Shown piece by piece: positions 13,878 through 27,521 of a stretch of 64,000 nt of DNA. The DNA lies in contig NC_068990.1 of the NCBI RefSeq assembly GCF_001194135.2, positions 7,419,599 to 7,483,598 of the forward strand, read 5' to 3'. Both the position numbers and the translations under genes were made by a program. The notes below the pieces were generated by a model. The model searched no databases. It saw nothing but the letters and a program-made list of their open reading frames with translations, and was not told the origin of the DNA. Origin of the DNA: Octopus bimaculoides (lineage: Eukaryota). The stretch's first letter is position 1. Each line of letters begins with the position of its first letter.

Positions 13878-14013
13878 GGTTCTGGTGTGTGGTCCGGTTT
13901 GGAGCCATGGCGTATGTACTGAGTACATTGAAAAACACGAAATGCTAAGCTAGACAAGAAGTCACGTGCTGATAACAGTCCAGCTACCGGGCGCAGTTGG
14001 AAACCTGTTTGTT
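13878..14013 (-). CDS. TH: Tyrosine hydroxylase, 136-nt coding exon: (Q)[44 protein letters not shown](P)
   Basis: Acceptor ttttatactttatAG and donor GTAAGTA (13871-13877). Near-identical to [36 protein letters not shown]. Has Gln in FQCTQ and His in PDHTPEP, the TH-type residues (PAH has His and Tyr there). Confidence 0.97.
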
Positions 14014-14129
14014 CTATAAAGTATAAAAGACGAGATATCTAATTTCACACATGCATACATAGAGAGTGCATAAAATTATAGGCTCCTCAGGGACTTTTCA
14101 TATGGAATGAATCGTCGAGGGTTATTATT

Positions 14130-14660
14130 TCTAGGAAAATGTAAGTGCTTAAGGGATGCTTATCATGGTTTACGCTTAGACGAAAGTTAACTTACATAAT
14201 TGTGGATGGATACTACGTTCGCTACTTAACCGATCGAATGTGGATATGGTATACCTGGATTTTGCTGCAAAGTTTGTGACCTTGGTATAGTGCGAAACCT
14301 AGACAGTGTGGGTTTCTTATTTCGTAAATGACAGATGTCAAGTTGTTGCAACTAACAGTATTCTCTCTGAAGTTTCAGGTATTCTCAGAGTAAGCTAGAA
14401 AAACAAGTAACTTTTCAGCTCATTTGTAAATTGTTAAACAGTAAAATGGCCGGAATATAAGATAGTAAAAGCCTTCGGAAGAATAGCGAAGATGTGTTCA
14501 GATAGGTTGAAGGAAGCCTCATGAATTTCAATACCAGAAAGTTTCAAGAACTTCGCGAAGAATCTTTTAACAAGGATATATAAGACCCGAAGAAATTGCA
14601 GTGCCAGTGTCAGACACTAAGTGGGATCTGGGAATTCTAATGAGAAAATGACGCATCATT
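14130..14660 (+). mobile_element. Highly decayed CR1/L2-like reverse transcriptase fragment
   Basis: Remnant motifs HG(L)R, NVDMVYLDFA (YLDF.KAFD box), NDRCQVVATN and DLGILM appear in the order expected for CR1 RT, with many stops and frameshifts. Confidence 0.55.
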
Positions 14661-15120
14661 CGAAACTCATATTACGAAAAGGGGGAAAATGTACAAGATT
14701 CGCTGAGGGATCTTAAAAACATCTGGAACAAGTTGTTATGTGGTCATGCTTGTTCTCTGGAAGATGTATATTTTCAGCTTCACCTACGTTAATTCTTCTG
14801 CTTCCAAGCCCACCGGTGAGCAGGAGGAAATTAAAAGGATCTACATAAGATGACTAATTCCATGCATCCCATAAACTATTAAGAAAGGGTGGAATTCATA
14901 TTCACTGGAACGAAGAAAAGAGACATAAGCTTCGTTTGTATCTGGAAAGTTAGGGATATACTGGTGCGAAAATTCGACACTGGAAACTGCACATGTTGAG
15001 AAAAGCGCCATTGCATATTCTTATCAACCGTCTCTCAAATGAGAACTTCATCAGCTTGGTTTTCAAGAGGCACCACAGCTCTTAAAAAGTTTTCCTAAAA
15101 ACATAAGAATATATGTACTG

Positions 15121-15333
15121 TACAATGGGGTACTGAGAAGTTCCTGGTTTTGGGTAAAAGAAAATACAGGAGGATCAGTTAATTAATTTTATTCAATGTA
15201 TTCCTCTCTCAGATTCACGTTCAAATTGCAACGGTCCTTCAGAATTTCTTAGCCCTGCAAAAGAACTCGGAATGTTGGGCGTTCAACTAGGCCTTTCATG
15301 ATAAAGCCAGGAACTTATTAACACCTCCTCGTG
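15121..15333. mobile_element. Mariner-derived MITE (~210 bp)
   Basis: Imperfect ~30-bp TIRs: tacaatggggtactgagaagttcctggttt and aaagccaggaacttattaacacctcctcgt. These resemble mariner TA-CGAGGG ends. Confidence 0.7.
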
Positions 15334-15760
15334 GGTGTCAACACTTTCAAAAAGTATTTGAACATCCTACCTTTAATAATAACTAGTGAACCTATATGTC
15401 GACAGGAAGCACTGATGAGGGTAATAAGCACAAGCCTAAAACAGAGGCCATGCCAGTGTCGCGTCCCATCGCCACAGTTGCATGGCTGAACACATAAATC
15501 GTGGTGACATGGTTGATTGCTTTTGCTGTTTTTAAAATTTTATATTGAATACAATGTTATTTCGAAAAGAAAAAAAAACAATAATCGAAAAAATCTTTTA
15601 AAACTTTCGAGTCTCTGTACAGACTAAGGGAGCTATGGTGTGTCTTTATTATAAAGGTTACGTTTATGTAATTGATATTGTATTTTGTACCGCAATAGGA
15701 AATTTGTTAACGCAAGAAAATTTAAGTCTCTGTTAAAGATACTGCTGTTGCTGTTATTGC

Positions 15761-15957
<197 letters not shown>

Positions 15958-15981
15958 TAATTTGGCAGGTAGATAACTTAC

Positions 15982-16127
15982 GTTTCAGGAAATTGGAAAC
16001 ATCTTCAAGCTGTGGTATAAAGTTTTCACTGTAGATTCCCTTCTTTTCCAGTAAATCAAAGAAATGGCGGTGCTTTGAGCAGGCGTGAGTAGGAAACAGA
16101 TTTTTTATGTTCACATAAACATGTTTC
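15982..16127 (-). CDS. TH: Tyrosine hydroxylase, 146-nt coding exon: (W)KHVYVNIKNLFPTHACSKHRHFFDLLEKKGIYSENFIPQLEDVSNFLK(Q)
   Basis: Acceptor ttgctctttgcAG and donor GTAAGT (15976-15981). THAC and IPQLEDVS.FL motifs. Confidence 0.96.
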
Positions 16128-17516
16128 CTGCAAAGAGCAAATGTTGAAACATATTACATATATATATAGCTGTCGATTCGATATCTCGATATGAAGTGTG
16201 AATACATTTTGCACTCATTCCTATTAAGATGCCAAATGCCCTGCCATGGCTCCTCACAAAGGCAAAGGCATACACGAGTATAGCATGACTAAACCTTTAT
16301 TCCCATATACTAACGGTTTTTCGATGCAGAGGGCAAGCAAGGAATCACGCCCTCCATAAACACTTATTATTAGAAAACTATGGAAATGGCGGTATTTCAT
16401 TGACAAGAACTTACATGATATCACGATTGTCGCAGCAAAACAGACACAGTCTCTATGTTTTCCGAAGACCTTGGTTTGTTCAGGAGAGAGCGAAAATAAA
16501 ATATGCATCGCAATATTAACTGCACACCTAATTTTTTGTCTTAAAAACGCTTGTATAGCATAAGTGCCACGTTCTAAATTCTTGGAGTTTCAAATGACGT
16601 AAAATAAGTAAATAATATTTTAAAGAAAAGGCAAGTTGAGAATGTTACAAATGCTTCAACTTTCGACTAATTGTCTTAGTTAATAGTCCCTTTATAGTGA
16701 ATATTTACAAGAGCATTTAGCTCAGCTGTTAATGCTTCTCTATGCTAGTTACTGTATGTCTTAAATAATTTATCAGGGATTCTCGAAAGTTTTTAACTAT
16801 CACCTCCTTTTGTTTCACAAACAAATTTTCACAACTTCCTACATATCAATACCCCACCCCGGATAAACATAGTCTTGTACGGTTCTTAATCTGAGATGGT
16901 GTGTATAGGACTAAAATAATGGCAGAAGCTTGAGCGTGCACCTCACCCCACATACGCATACAGTATATTCATAGTCAAACGCACATATCACAAATAATCT
17001 TATATATATACTTCTATTCATATTAACAGCATGTATAAATGTAACAAGTGATTTATAACATTGATCATCGATATTAGTATATTTCTACTACCTTAACTGT
17101 TTCCTTTGTCGATATTTATCTCTATATTGTTGTCTGATGTTCTTAAAGAGAGTTGAATCAAATGAAACTCGTTCCTGAATTTGGACTGCGAGATCGAAGA
17201 AGGAAGTCGATATTGTTATCCTATTTTCTTCTTAGATGTTGTCATCTTATATCGTCGGTGATTTTATGGTTTAACCACTAATTTTCTTGACGTTGACTGT
17301 TTAAAAAAATACAACGGCGTAGCTTTCGCATATGTCTACGACAGCTCTAAGTTGTCATGAAATACGAGAAATGAACATGCAAAATCTTAATGTTATGTTG
17401 GTACTACAAATATACTTTCCCAGTTCTTAAAACCATACAAATATTTACGCACTTCTGCTTTGCGCTTATTAAGCCTATGTAGCTACATATAGATATACAT
17501 ACATACATATATATAC

Positions 17517-17630
<114 letters not shown>

Positions 17631-18799
17631 CTGTGAGTGTATGTGTGTGCGCGTGTGTGTGAGTGAGTGTGTGTATGTGTGTATGTATGTCTCTGTGCAT
17701 GTAAGTTCGTGTATGTATGTCAGTGTGTGCGCGCGCGTCTTTGTATCTATCACCAAAATATGCTAATTTGGAAACCTTGTGATGAAGTTCTGAAAGAGAA
17801 CGAACGATTTAGGTTGTCTCAGAATGATTAGCTCAGTATTTTATCTATTGTGTTAAAAAAAAGAATAATAGGAACGATAAATAACTCAGGTGTATAGGTA
17901 ATTTACAATAATGGCCAGCGATTGATATTGAGATTATATTACATTCATAACAACTTAATAGAAATGAAAACAAAACACAGTGAATACGTAAGCCTATTAC
18001 TGTCATAAAACACCTTTGCTGAGAGAAGAAACATTTATCATCGTTATAGAGAGCAACAGTCAGAAGTAATAATATCAACTGATATCAAGTATATTGACGA
18101 GGATTATGCGCGAACTCGTAGCAAATGAATAACAGCTGCAATAGCAGCAGCAGCAACAACAACAACAACAATAGCAACAACAGCAATCGGAATAAAAGTA
18201 GAAAATGAAAACTAAACGTGTATGTATATATATGTGTAAACGATTGAACGTAACTAAAAATAATGAGCCAGTCCCATTGTTCGCAGCCAAAAGAAGAATT
18301 TCAAAAGCATGTTTTATACGTGGTAGCGGATCTAAGGCTTTTCTTAGCTCCAACTTAAGTTTGTGCTCGATTATTCAGAGGTTATAAATCTGAATCTCAT
18401 AAATAACAATGTATGTCAACCATTTTCAAGCAAGTGACGGATAAGCAGCGATTATCTCAATACAGTAACTTCGTTGCCACGTTTAGAAGCCTATTTCAGC
18501 TCATTAGAAAAATTACGTACGCAATCTAATTGTAAGATTAAAGTATCTACACTTAAGCTTTTAGATACATACATGCACACATACACACACAAACATACAT
18601 ATTACAAATATATATATGTACATGTACATAGACATATGTATATATAAATATGCATATGTATATATAGATATGCATATATACATATGTATCTATATATACA
18701 TATGTATATATAGATATGCATGTATATATACTTATGTATATATAGATATATATATCCATCCATACATATCTATCTCTATCTCTCTCTCTCTCTCCCTCC

Positions 18800-18874
<75 letters not shown>

Positions 18875-19257
18875 CATATCTGTCTATATATGTATTTATA
18901 TCTATCTATTTTCTATCTACATGTATATAAGTATTTATATATATGTATATATATAAATATGTACACATATGTATGCATGTGTGTGTATGCGTGTATGTGT
19001 ATGCGTGTGAGTGTGTGTGTCTGTGTGCGTATCTATGTACACTGACGGATGCTTGCATACATGCATAGCTTCCACTGTAATATACAAATGGTCAATAAAA
19101 TAACTGTGACAATGTTTGTGCGCAAATGTGAAAGTGCTGACGTAGGGATATTTCGTCCTATGAATTATATGTGGCTATGTACATACACGCACAAGGCAAA
19201 GGAAAACAGACAAAAACCTGCAGACAGAAGACACACGTTTATATAAATAGGCAGTTA

Positions 19258-19371
<114 letters not shown>

Positions 19372-19663
19372 AATGCGTGTCTCAACGATATTCATGCGTA
19401 TATGTCTGTTAGTGTGGGTATGTGAGCGCATTTGTGAATTATAACAGTTATTATGGAACTATTGACTGTATGCGTGTGTAATTAATGTATTTGCAAGTCA
19501 GATACGTAAGAAAAGAAGTCACTGAGAAATCAAAGTAAAACTCCTGTATTTGCATTTGTTTTCAGGAGAGTCTTTGTGAATGAAAGAAACCACTTACAGG
19601 GACAGGCAGATGGATACGGATGGCAAAGTGGTGCGAACTGTCTGCATAATGCAAATAAAAAAC

Positions 19664-19705
<42 letters not shown>

Positions 19706-20635
19706 NNNNNNNNNNNNNNNNNNNNNNNNNNNNNNNNNNNNNNNNNNNNNNNNNNNNNNNNNNNNNNNNNNNNNNNNNNNNNNNNNNNNNNNNNNNNNNN
19801 NNNNNNNNNNNNNNNNNNNNNNNNNNNNNNNNNNNNNNNNNNNNNNNNNNNNNNNNNNNNNNNNNNNNNNNNNNNNNNNNNNNNNNNNNNNNNNNNNNNN
19901 NNNNNNNNNNNNNNNNNNNNNNNNNNNNNNNNNNNNNNNNNNNNNNNNNNNNNNNNNNNNNNNNNNNNNNNNNNNNNNNNNNNNNNNNNNNNNNNNNNNN
20001 NNNNNNNNNNNNNNNNNNNNNNNNNNNNNNNNNNNNNNNNNNNNNNNNNNNNNNNNNNNNNNNNNNNNNNNNNNNNNNNNNNNNNNNNNNNNNNNNNNNN
20101 NNNNNNNNNNNNNNNNNNNNNNNNNNNNNNNNNNNNNNNNNNNNNNNNNNNNNNNNNNNNNNNNNNNNNNNNNNNNNNNNNNNNNNNNNNNNNNNNNNNN
20201 NNNNNNNNNNNNNNNNNNNNNNNNNNNNNNNNNNNNNNNNNNNNNNNNNNNNNNNNNNNNNNNNNNNNNNNNNNNNNNNNNNNNNNNNNNNNNNNNNNNN
20301 NNNNNNNNNNNNNNNNNNNNNNNNNNNNNNNNNNNNNNNNNNNNNNNNNNNNNNNNNNNNNNNNNNNNNNNNNNNNNNNNNNNNNNNNNNNNNNNNNNNN
20401 NNNNNNNNNNNNNNNNNNNNNNNNNNNNNNNNNNNNNNNNNNNNNNNNNNNNNNNNNNNNNNNNNNNNNNNNNNNNNNNNNNNNNNNNNNNNNNNNNNNN
20501 NNNNNNNNNNNNNNNNNNNNNNNNNNNNNNNNNNNNNNNNNNNNNNNNNNNNNNNNNNNNNNNNNNNNNNNNNNNNNATATATATATATATATATACATA
20601 CATACACAAACACATACACACACACATATACGATG

Positions 20636-20705
20636 GGCTTCTTTCAGTTTGCGTCTATCAAATCCACTGATACGGCTTTGCTTGGCACAGGGTTATAGTA
20701 GAAGA
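20636..20705 (-). mobile_element. SINE family C partial copy
   Basis: ggcttctttcagtttgcgtctatcaaatccac...tatagtagaagacac matches the other family C copies. Confidence 0.6.
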
Positions 20706-20778
20706 CACGCACACACGCACACAGACGCACACAGCACACAGACACACAGAGACACACAGACACACACACACACACACA

Positions 20779-20817
<39 letters not shown>

Positions 20818-21346
20818 ACACACACACACGAACAATGCCATTTATAATTTCATCGTATACTTTTGTATTACGGCTTAGTATTATTCACCAATCATATTTC
20901 TGCTATGAAACACTGATATATGTCCGAAGCAGGAGTCCAAAATAGACCGCGCAAGAAGCAGAATAAAAGTATTGTTGATTATGGGACATATACAGATAAT
21001 CGCTGCGTTTCATGCTACACCAGCGGAAGTTGTTAACGGTATCATATTGGGCCATTTTCTTAGGTACGTCGATCTATTATTCGTTCAGTTCCCATCGGCG
21101 ATGCCAGTTAATCATCGACAGTTTTATAAGTCTGATCTTCATTTCACCAACTTACATATTCCATGAGCTTGAATAAGCTATATGTATGTTTGTCTGTATA
21201 CGTATGTGTACATCTATGTATGCTGTATATACATAACTGTGGATATGCATACGTGTGTATGTGTATCTCTTTGAATGTATGTATGTGTTTAATTGCGTTT
21301 ATTTATGCATGCGTATCAATATCCCCATCTCTCTCTCTCTCTCTCT

Positions 21347-21409
<63 letters not shown>

Positions 21410-22438
21410 CATACATACATATATACAAACATACATATACGTATGTAGATGTATACATACATGTATGTATATATATATGCATATGTTTGTGTGTGTATAT
21501 GTATATGTATATGCATATGTCTAACTATGTGTGTTTCTGTATTTAGATTTTACTTGTGTTACTTCGTCTGAGTGTAAGTACGTACCTACAAATATACATT
21601 TATACAATAAAATATACGTGTGTAAGCAATGTACATTTGAGCATATGCATTATTACTTACAGTTATTTTAGTGACAATATGTATATTTCTGTTGAAACAT
21701 CTATTTTCACAGTGACAAATGTATAGTCTCTTAGTCATAAGCATCCATGCCCGCACACTTGTAAATCACTTTTTCTCTACCATTGCCACACAAATTGCTC
21801 AAGTGCATATAAGTTAAATGTCAGATAACCGAGGTGTTGAATGATTGAACACAACGCAATTTGAATTGAAATTTCCGTGGAAGCTTCTAGGCAATGAACG
21901 AAGAAAAAAGAATTGTGGATAACCGTATCTTTATAAGGTGCCTTGGGGGAAATTAAACATCGATGAGTTCGAGTGCGTGGAAATGAATTTTTCTTCTTGA
22001 AACATTTAGTCTGGTTGAATACAATCTCTAGAATTCAAGGAGGCCAGAGGTAATCTCTGTTGACGGGATCAAATAGTGAAAAAGTGAAAATTTAGCTTTT
22101 GCGGTTTTCTGCGAAATGAATAAATATAGTTTACTTTCTAGCAGTTCCAGTTAATGATATTTGCTATTAGTTTAAGAGATTAAAGGTCATTGATGACTCA
22201 ATGTTTGCTTCATGCTCTATCTACATTTGATCCTCAGCTTGAATCTTTTCTGCAACACTGTCACTTCACTGAAAGAAACATTCTCTTTTGAGTGAAAGAG
22301 AATATATGTTTTAAGTTTCGATAAAGAAGAATTACAAAGCTGGACTTCAAAGAGTATATGAAATTGGATTTTAATTTCTCATGGTTTCCTGTGCTCATCT
22401 TTATGCAATCGATGCAGTGATACATGTGTCAGAGAGAA

Positions 22439-22471
<33 letters not shown>

Positions 22472-22866
22472 GAGAGAGGGGAGGAAGAGAGAGAGAGAGA
22501 GAAATAAATCAAGAAGCGTTATTTAAGGCGTTTATGGTACAACGTTAGAAAACAAGGAATATTTCTGTAATCTCCCCTCCCCTCATTATAACTACGTTTT
22601 CCATTTAGATATAGAAATCGAAAGATTGGAAGAGAAGAGCTGGAACCAGTGATCTTCATCTCTTTCCAAGAAATTTATCCATGGAAATAAAACCTGGGTT
22701 GCAGACGAAACTCACAAAGGAACAATGGGCAATTTATAAGAATTCTATTAAAAAAAAAAAAAAAAAAAAAAAAAGATAGAAATCTTTTGTTGCGAAATCT
22801 TTTGTTGTTTCATTTATATTATCCTTTTCATTGTGCGCATTTTTGTTCTTGTTGATAATTTTATTC

Positions 22867-22953
<87 letters not shown>
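22867..22953. repeat. (ATC)n(GTC)n compound microsatellite
   Basis: Direct reading. Confidence 0.95.
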
Positions 22954-22954
<1 letters not shown>

Positions 22955-25018
22955 TTTCACCGTCGTTGTTGTTGCTTTTGTTATATTTAATGTCAAAGAG
23001 AAAGTTTCATTATGTTAAGAGCAAACATTGAAAGAAGCTGCAATCCGATTTACCAATTTAACATAATCTGCCGACATTTTGCTACATACTAATGAAAACT
23101 GGATTAATACAGGAGAGAAGTAAAAAAAAAACAAAACAAAAAAAAAATCTATGCTCCCTCCGTTTTTGCAATCACTTAGATTAAGAGGATAACAAAGAAA
23201 AAAACAACATGGCTTAAAAAATGAGTGAATATATTCGACGGACATCTTGTTCTAGCTTCTTTTCCTGTGTGGTCAGTCTCTAAATAAAGTAAAACGAAAA
23301 TTACGCTAAGAGGAAATAAGAACTAAGTTTAAACAATTCGTGGATCAGATAGAAACTGAAGGAGTTTAAACTGGCGGAAGTATAATAATTATACTTTGTC
23401 ATATGAAGTGGGAAGTCTGAGAGATTTTGTGGTCATTGAGAATTGAAACTGGTATTGGATTTCCCGGTTCGATGTCTTGCAACCGATTTACAATATCCTT
23501 AAGGTTATTGAGATGTCACTTTTTAGGTAGACACATATACTGGCCTCCCAAATCTTTAGTTGCCCTTTTTACATGCTGCTTTTGAAAACCCATTATTTTT
23601 TAAAACTCTATGAGTTTCATATTTTCGCCAACCGAAGTCAGTAGCACTAATCCTAGGGTAGGGAAACTTGTTTTAGTGCAACGGGAAAAAACTTTCAAAG
23701 AAAAAGGTCTGCGGGCTGGTCATAAGCTCTAACTCATATCTGTGTAAATCTTGTATATATCTATGTATATAATTCGATATACATTAATAAAGATAAGTCT
23801 AACACATTAAATAAACGCGTAACATCTTCATCAATGCCGCCACTGAATTTAGGATGTTTATATTACTTATGAGGTGCTCTATATTTTTCAGCTAGAGCGT
23901 AGTTGGATCCCAAGGGGTGGTACAAACCTAGCGATATGTGTTTTATAGTGATAACAAAATTTCCAATCAAATGGCAATTACTGGACGATTTCTGTTCGAG
24001 TCTAACCGTTTTAAGTCGTAGTGGAAAGGTGACCTATGTCGCAAACAGACATATGAATATTGTATAAATTTTATAATTGAAAAGTTTACTACATTTTGTA
24101 CATACGAGTATATGATGCTGCGAGTGCAATTACGCCCGCGGGCGGGGGTTTCCCCACCCCTGCACTAGTCATGTGCATTACATTTGTCACAACAAAGAAT
24201 GGTGTTTCTCTCATGGACTATTTCGACAGACGAGTCTCATGAAGACGAAATTTGATACGTTTCCCCTTAGTATTTTCAATTAGTTTATTAACTTGTCTCA
24301 GCATTCAAGAGGAATGAGAGAGAGGGGGTAGGGAGAGAGAAATAGAGAGGAGAAGAGAGAAGGAGAGAAGGGAAGAGAGAGGGGTAGAGAGGAAGAGAGA
24401 GAGGAAAAGAAAGGGTGGTAGACGGAGGAGGTTAAATAAAGGGAGGAAGAGAGATGGAGACAGAGGATGAGAGAGAGAGAGAGTGATATGTTTGTCTGCG
24501 CGCGTGTGTGAGGATAAACAAGAATGAGACCAGGGGAGAAAATAAGGGATAAAAAGACAACAATGAAACCATTTAATCGGAAGTCAGAAACGAATTGCAA
24601 AACCAGGTTGAAGATGATTCAGAGAGGAGTATTTACTACAATAAGAAAAAGAAACAAAAAGAAACAAAAAAGAAACAAACAAAATAGGAAAGAAAGAACA
24701 GAGAAGAAAAAACACACCAACCAGGTATGAGAGAGATCGGGAAAATTTAGAATAAAAATCTAAAGAAAAGCAACAATAATAAATGTACATTCTTCACACT
24801 AACTTTATCAACATATTCATTCATACGTTTGCCACTCTTTAAAATACTACTAATTGTCCAGATAAACACTTTCTAACTTTATGACAACCCGCAGCTGCGT
24901 TTGCCGTAATCTCTAATATGTACAATAGCCATTTCTGTCGCAGGCTCGTACTCTTTTCTATACTAAACATTATAAACGTTACTGTCCCTTATTTTGCACA
25001 CTAACCTCTATAATTTCT

Positions 25019-25863
25019 TATTACCTCCGCCAAGGAAGAAGGTTATGTTTTCATTGCCGTTGGTTTGTCCGCCTGTCCGTCTGTGTGCAAAATAATTCAA
25101 AGAGTTGTGAACGGTATTTGATCAAACTTGCAGGGAAAGTTGGTAATGACACAAGGAAGAGATGAAGAAATTTTGGTAGTGATCCGGGAATTTTCATGGA
25201 TTCTTGAAGGATTTTTCATTTGTTCTATTTACTTTACATGAAGTATTACGTTATGTTCTATGATTATCTCCCTTGAAAACACATCGTTTCTACGTAACCT
25301 ATGGTGGCGTTGCTGTTTAGAGACATTGTTGATGATGACGATGGTCAAGATAAGTATGGGAGGAGGATAAAATAATATCGGTGGTTATAATGGCGACAGG
25401 AGCGGTGTGATGTGTGATGCTGAGGTGATGGTGGTAATAGTGGTGATGATGATAGTGTTAGTTGTGTGATGGTGGTATTGCAGTGGTTATACTGGTTGTT
25501 GTGGTGAAAGTGACTGTCAAAGTAACCGCCATGATAACATTGATGGCGGTGTATGTGGTTGAAGTGGAAGCAATGACAATGCTGATGATGATGTTGGTGG
25601 TCGTGAACTGCTTCAGATGATTCCTGTTTTAAAGGGTTTTTTTTTCTTAAATCATATGACTTTGTTTCTTTTTTTTTTTACCCCCGCCAATGAAGTTCTG
25701 TTTTTGCCGGCGTTGATTTGGGAAATTGGGCGATTTTCAGCATGCGGGTATACGGGNNNNNNNNNNNNNNNNNNNNNNNNNNNNNNNNNNNNNNNNNNNN
25801 NNNNNNNNNNNNNGGAAATGAGTCGCTTCGCGGAGCTCTGCGTTCTCCGAGTGCTTTCAAGTT
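25019..25863 (+). mobile_element. Helentron-associated/HINE (DINE-1-like) non-autonomous element, possibly a dimer or nested pair
   Basis: 5' ttACCTCCGCCAAGG..ggttatgttttc; internal GAT/GTG simple repeats; a second head ttacccccgccaatgaagt at ~25677; 3' cttcgcggagctctgcgttctccgagtgctttcaagtt (degenerate inverted copy of the 5' motif, then terminus). Family assignment is from recalled architecture. Confidence 0.55.
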
Positions 25864-25866
25864 ATG

Positions 25867-25936
25867 TATACTAATGCTTTTATACTAATGCTTTTATACT
25901 AATGCTTTTATACTAATGCTTTTATACTAACGCTTT
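25867..25936. repeat. 14-bp minisatellite, 5 copies (TATACTAATGCTTT)
   Basis: Four perfect copies and one with a T>C change. Confidence 0.95.
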
Positions 25937-26082
25937 ATAACACATTGTCTAAAGCTGCAATCACAGTATTAATTGTAGTAAGAATAACTAAAGCATTTTG
26001 CCAGGCTCGATGATTTCTAGTATTTAGTTCCGTTTCTGTGCGCATGCGTGTATATGTGTGTATACATACACACGTATACACA

Positions 26083-26158
<76 letters not shown>

Positions 26159-26231
26159 CATATATANNNNNNNNNNNNNNNNNNNNNNNATATATATATA
26201 TATATATACGTATATGTATATATATGTATAC

Positions 26232-26265
<34 letters not shown>

Positions 26266-26810
26266 ATATTTATACACACACACGCACACATATATCTATC
26301 TATCTATCTATCTATCTATCTCAGCGTATGATTCCAGATCCTACGTAACTGACTTCGCTTTTCATTCCCGAGGAGTGATACGATGATTACTAGTCTTATA
26401 TTAAGAACGATGCATTGGATTAAATTCCTCTTCATCTCATAAAAACGCGCTAATCAAACAAATTATCTATTAGCTCAGCATCATTAAACACGACCATGCC
26501 TTGTGATGTAATTTTAACTAGATTTCTCAAATCTTTACCACATTGGAAATAAGAGGACGTATTAAGTGTATATAACTTTTCTGCAAAATTGGTTTTCTTA
26601 ATCTCATTTAATTTTGTTTTGTTTAATTATGTTTTGCATGTAGTTTGAATATACATCATAGTTATGTAATATCGCACTACTGTATGTTAGATATTATGAT
26701 TATAAGGTCTCCCTTTCTGCACTGTCGTTTATGCAAAACTTTGAGATCTTAATGTCTGGTGTTTCTTTATATTATGGCTTCTATTTTCTTTTTAATGTTT
26801 GCACGTATAC

Positions 26811-27000
26811 AGGGCGGCGAGCTGACAGAATCGTTAGCACGCTGGGCGAAATGCTTAGCAGTATTTCGTCTGCCATTACGTTCTGAGTTCAAATTCCGCC
26901 GAGGTCGACTTTGCCTCTCATCATTTCGGGGTCGATAAATTAAGTACCAGTAGCGTACTGGAGTCGATCTAATCGACTGGTCCTCTTCCCAAGAATTTCG
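26811..27000 (+). mobile_element. SINE family A copy (plus arm of an inverted pair)
   Basis: gggcggcgagctgacagaatcgttagc...gagttcaaattccgccgaggtcgactttgcc. Confidence 0.88.
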
Positions 27001-27033
27001 GGAACTCAGAACGTAAAGACCGACGAAATACCT

Positions 27034-27265
27034 ATTTCTTTACTGCCCACAAGGGGCTACACACAGAGGGGACAAACAAGGACAGACAAACGGATTAAGT
27101 CGATTATATCGAACCCAGTGCGTAACTGGTACTTAATCTATCGACCCCGAAAGGATGAAAGGCAAAGTCGACCTCAGCGGAATTTGAACTCAGAACGCAG
27201 TGGCAGACGAAATACCGCTAGGCATTTCACTCGGCGTGCTAACGTTTCTGCCAGCTCGCCGCCTT
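27034..27265 (-). mobile_element. SINE family A full-length copy (minus arm of an inverted pair)
   Basis: The reverse complement reads aaggcggcgagctggcagaaacgttagc...gagttcaaattccgctgagg...gtagccccttgtgggcagtaaagaaa. Confidence 0.88.
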
Positions 27266-27521
27266 ATAAATCTTGATATACTGTCATTAAAATGCATGCA
27301 TTACGGCTGGAACCCATGGAATCGTTCAAGCGAATTCTTGTGACAATCGACCTCAGCTGAACAAGAACAAGGGCAAGGATAACAACGACTACAACAACTA
27401 CAACAACAAAGGAAATGAGAAAATTGCAAGAGAGTAAAGTCTATCAACATTTCAGAAATTATACAAGTAAATAAGATCCTAAAACAAGAAAACAATAATT
27501 ATCAATGTTGGGAATACTTAC

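Noticed and set aside
22749-22774. A-run of ~25 nt as the tail of a processed pseudogene
   Set aside because: The upstream sequence has no sustained ORF or recognisable product, and no TSD is evident.
25867-25936. CRISPR-like array
   Set aside because: Contiguous tandem repeats without spacers in a eukaryotic intron, and no cas genes.
26811-26900. tRNA genes suggested by A-box/B-box motifs here and in other SINE heads
   Set aside because: The motifs continue into shared SINE bodies and tails and do not form a complete cloverleaf.
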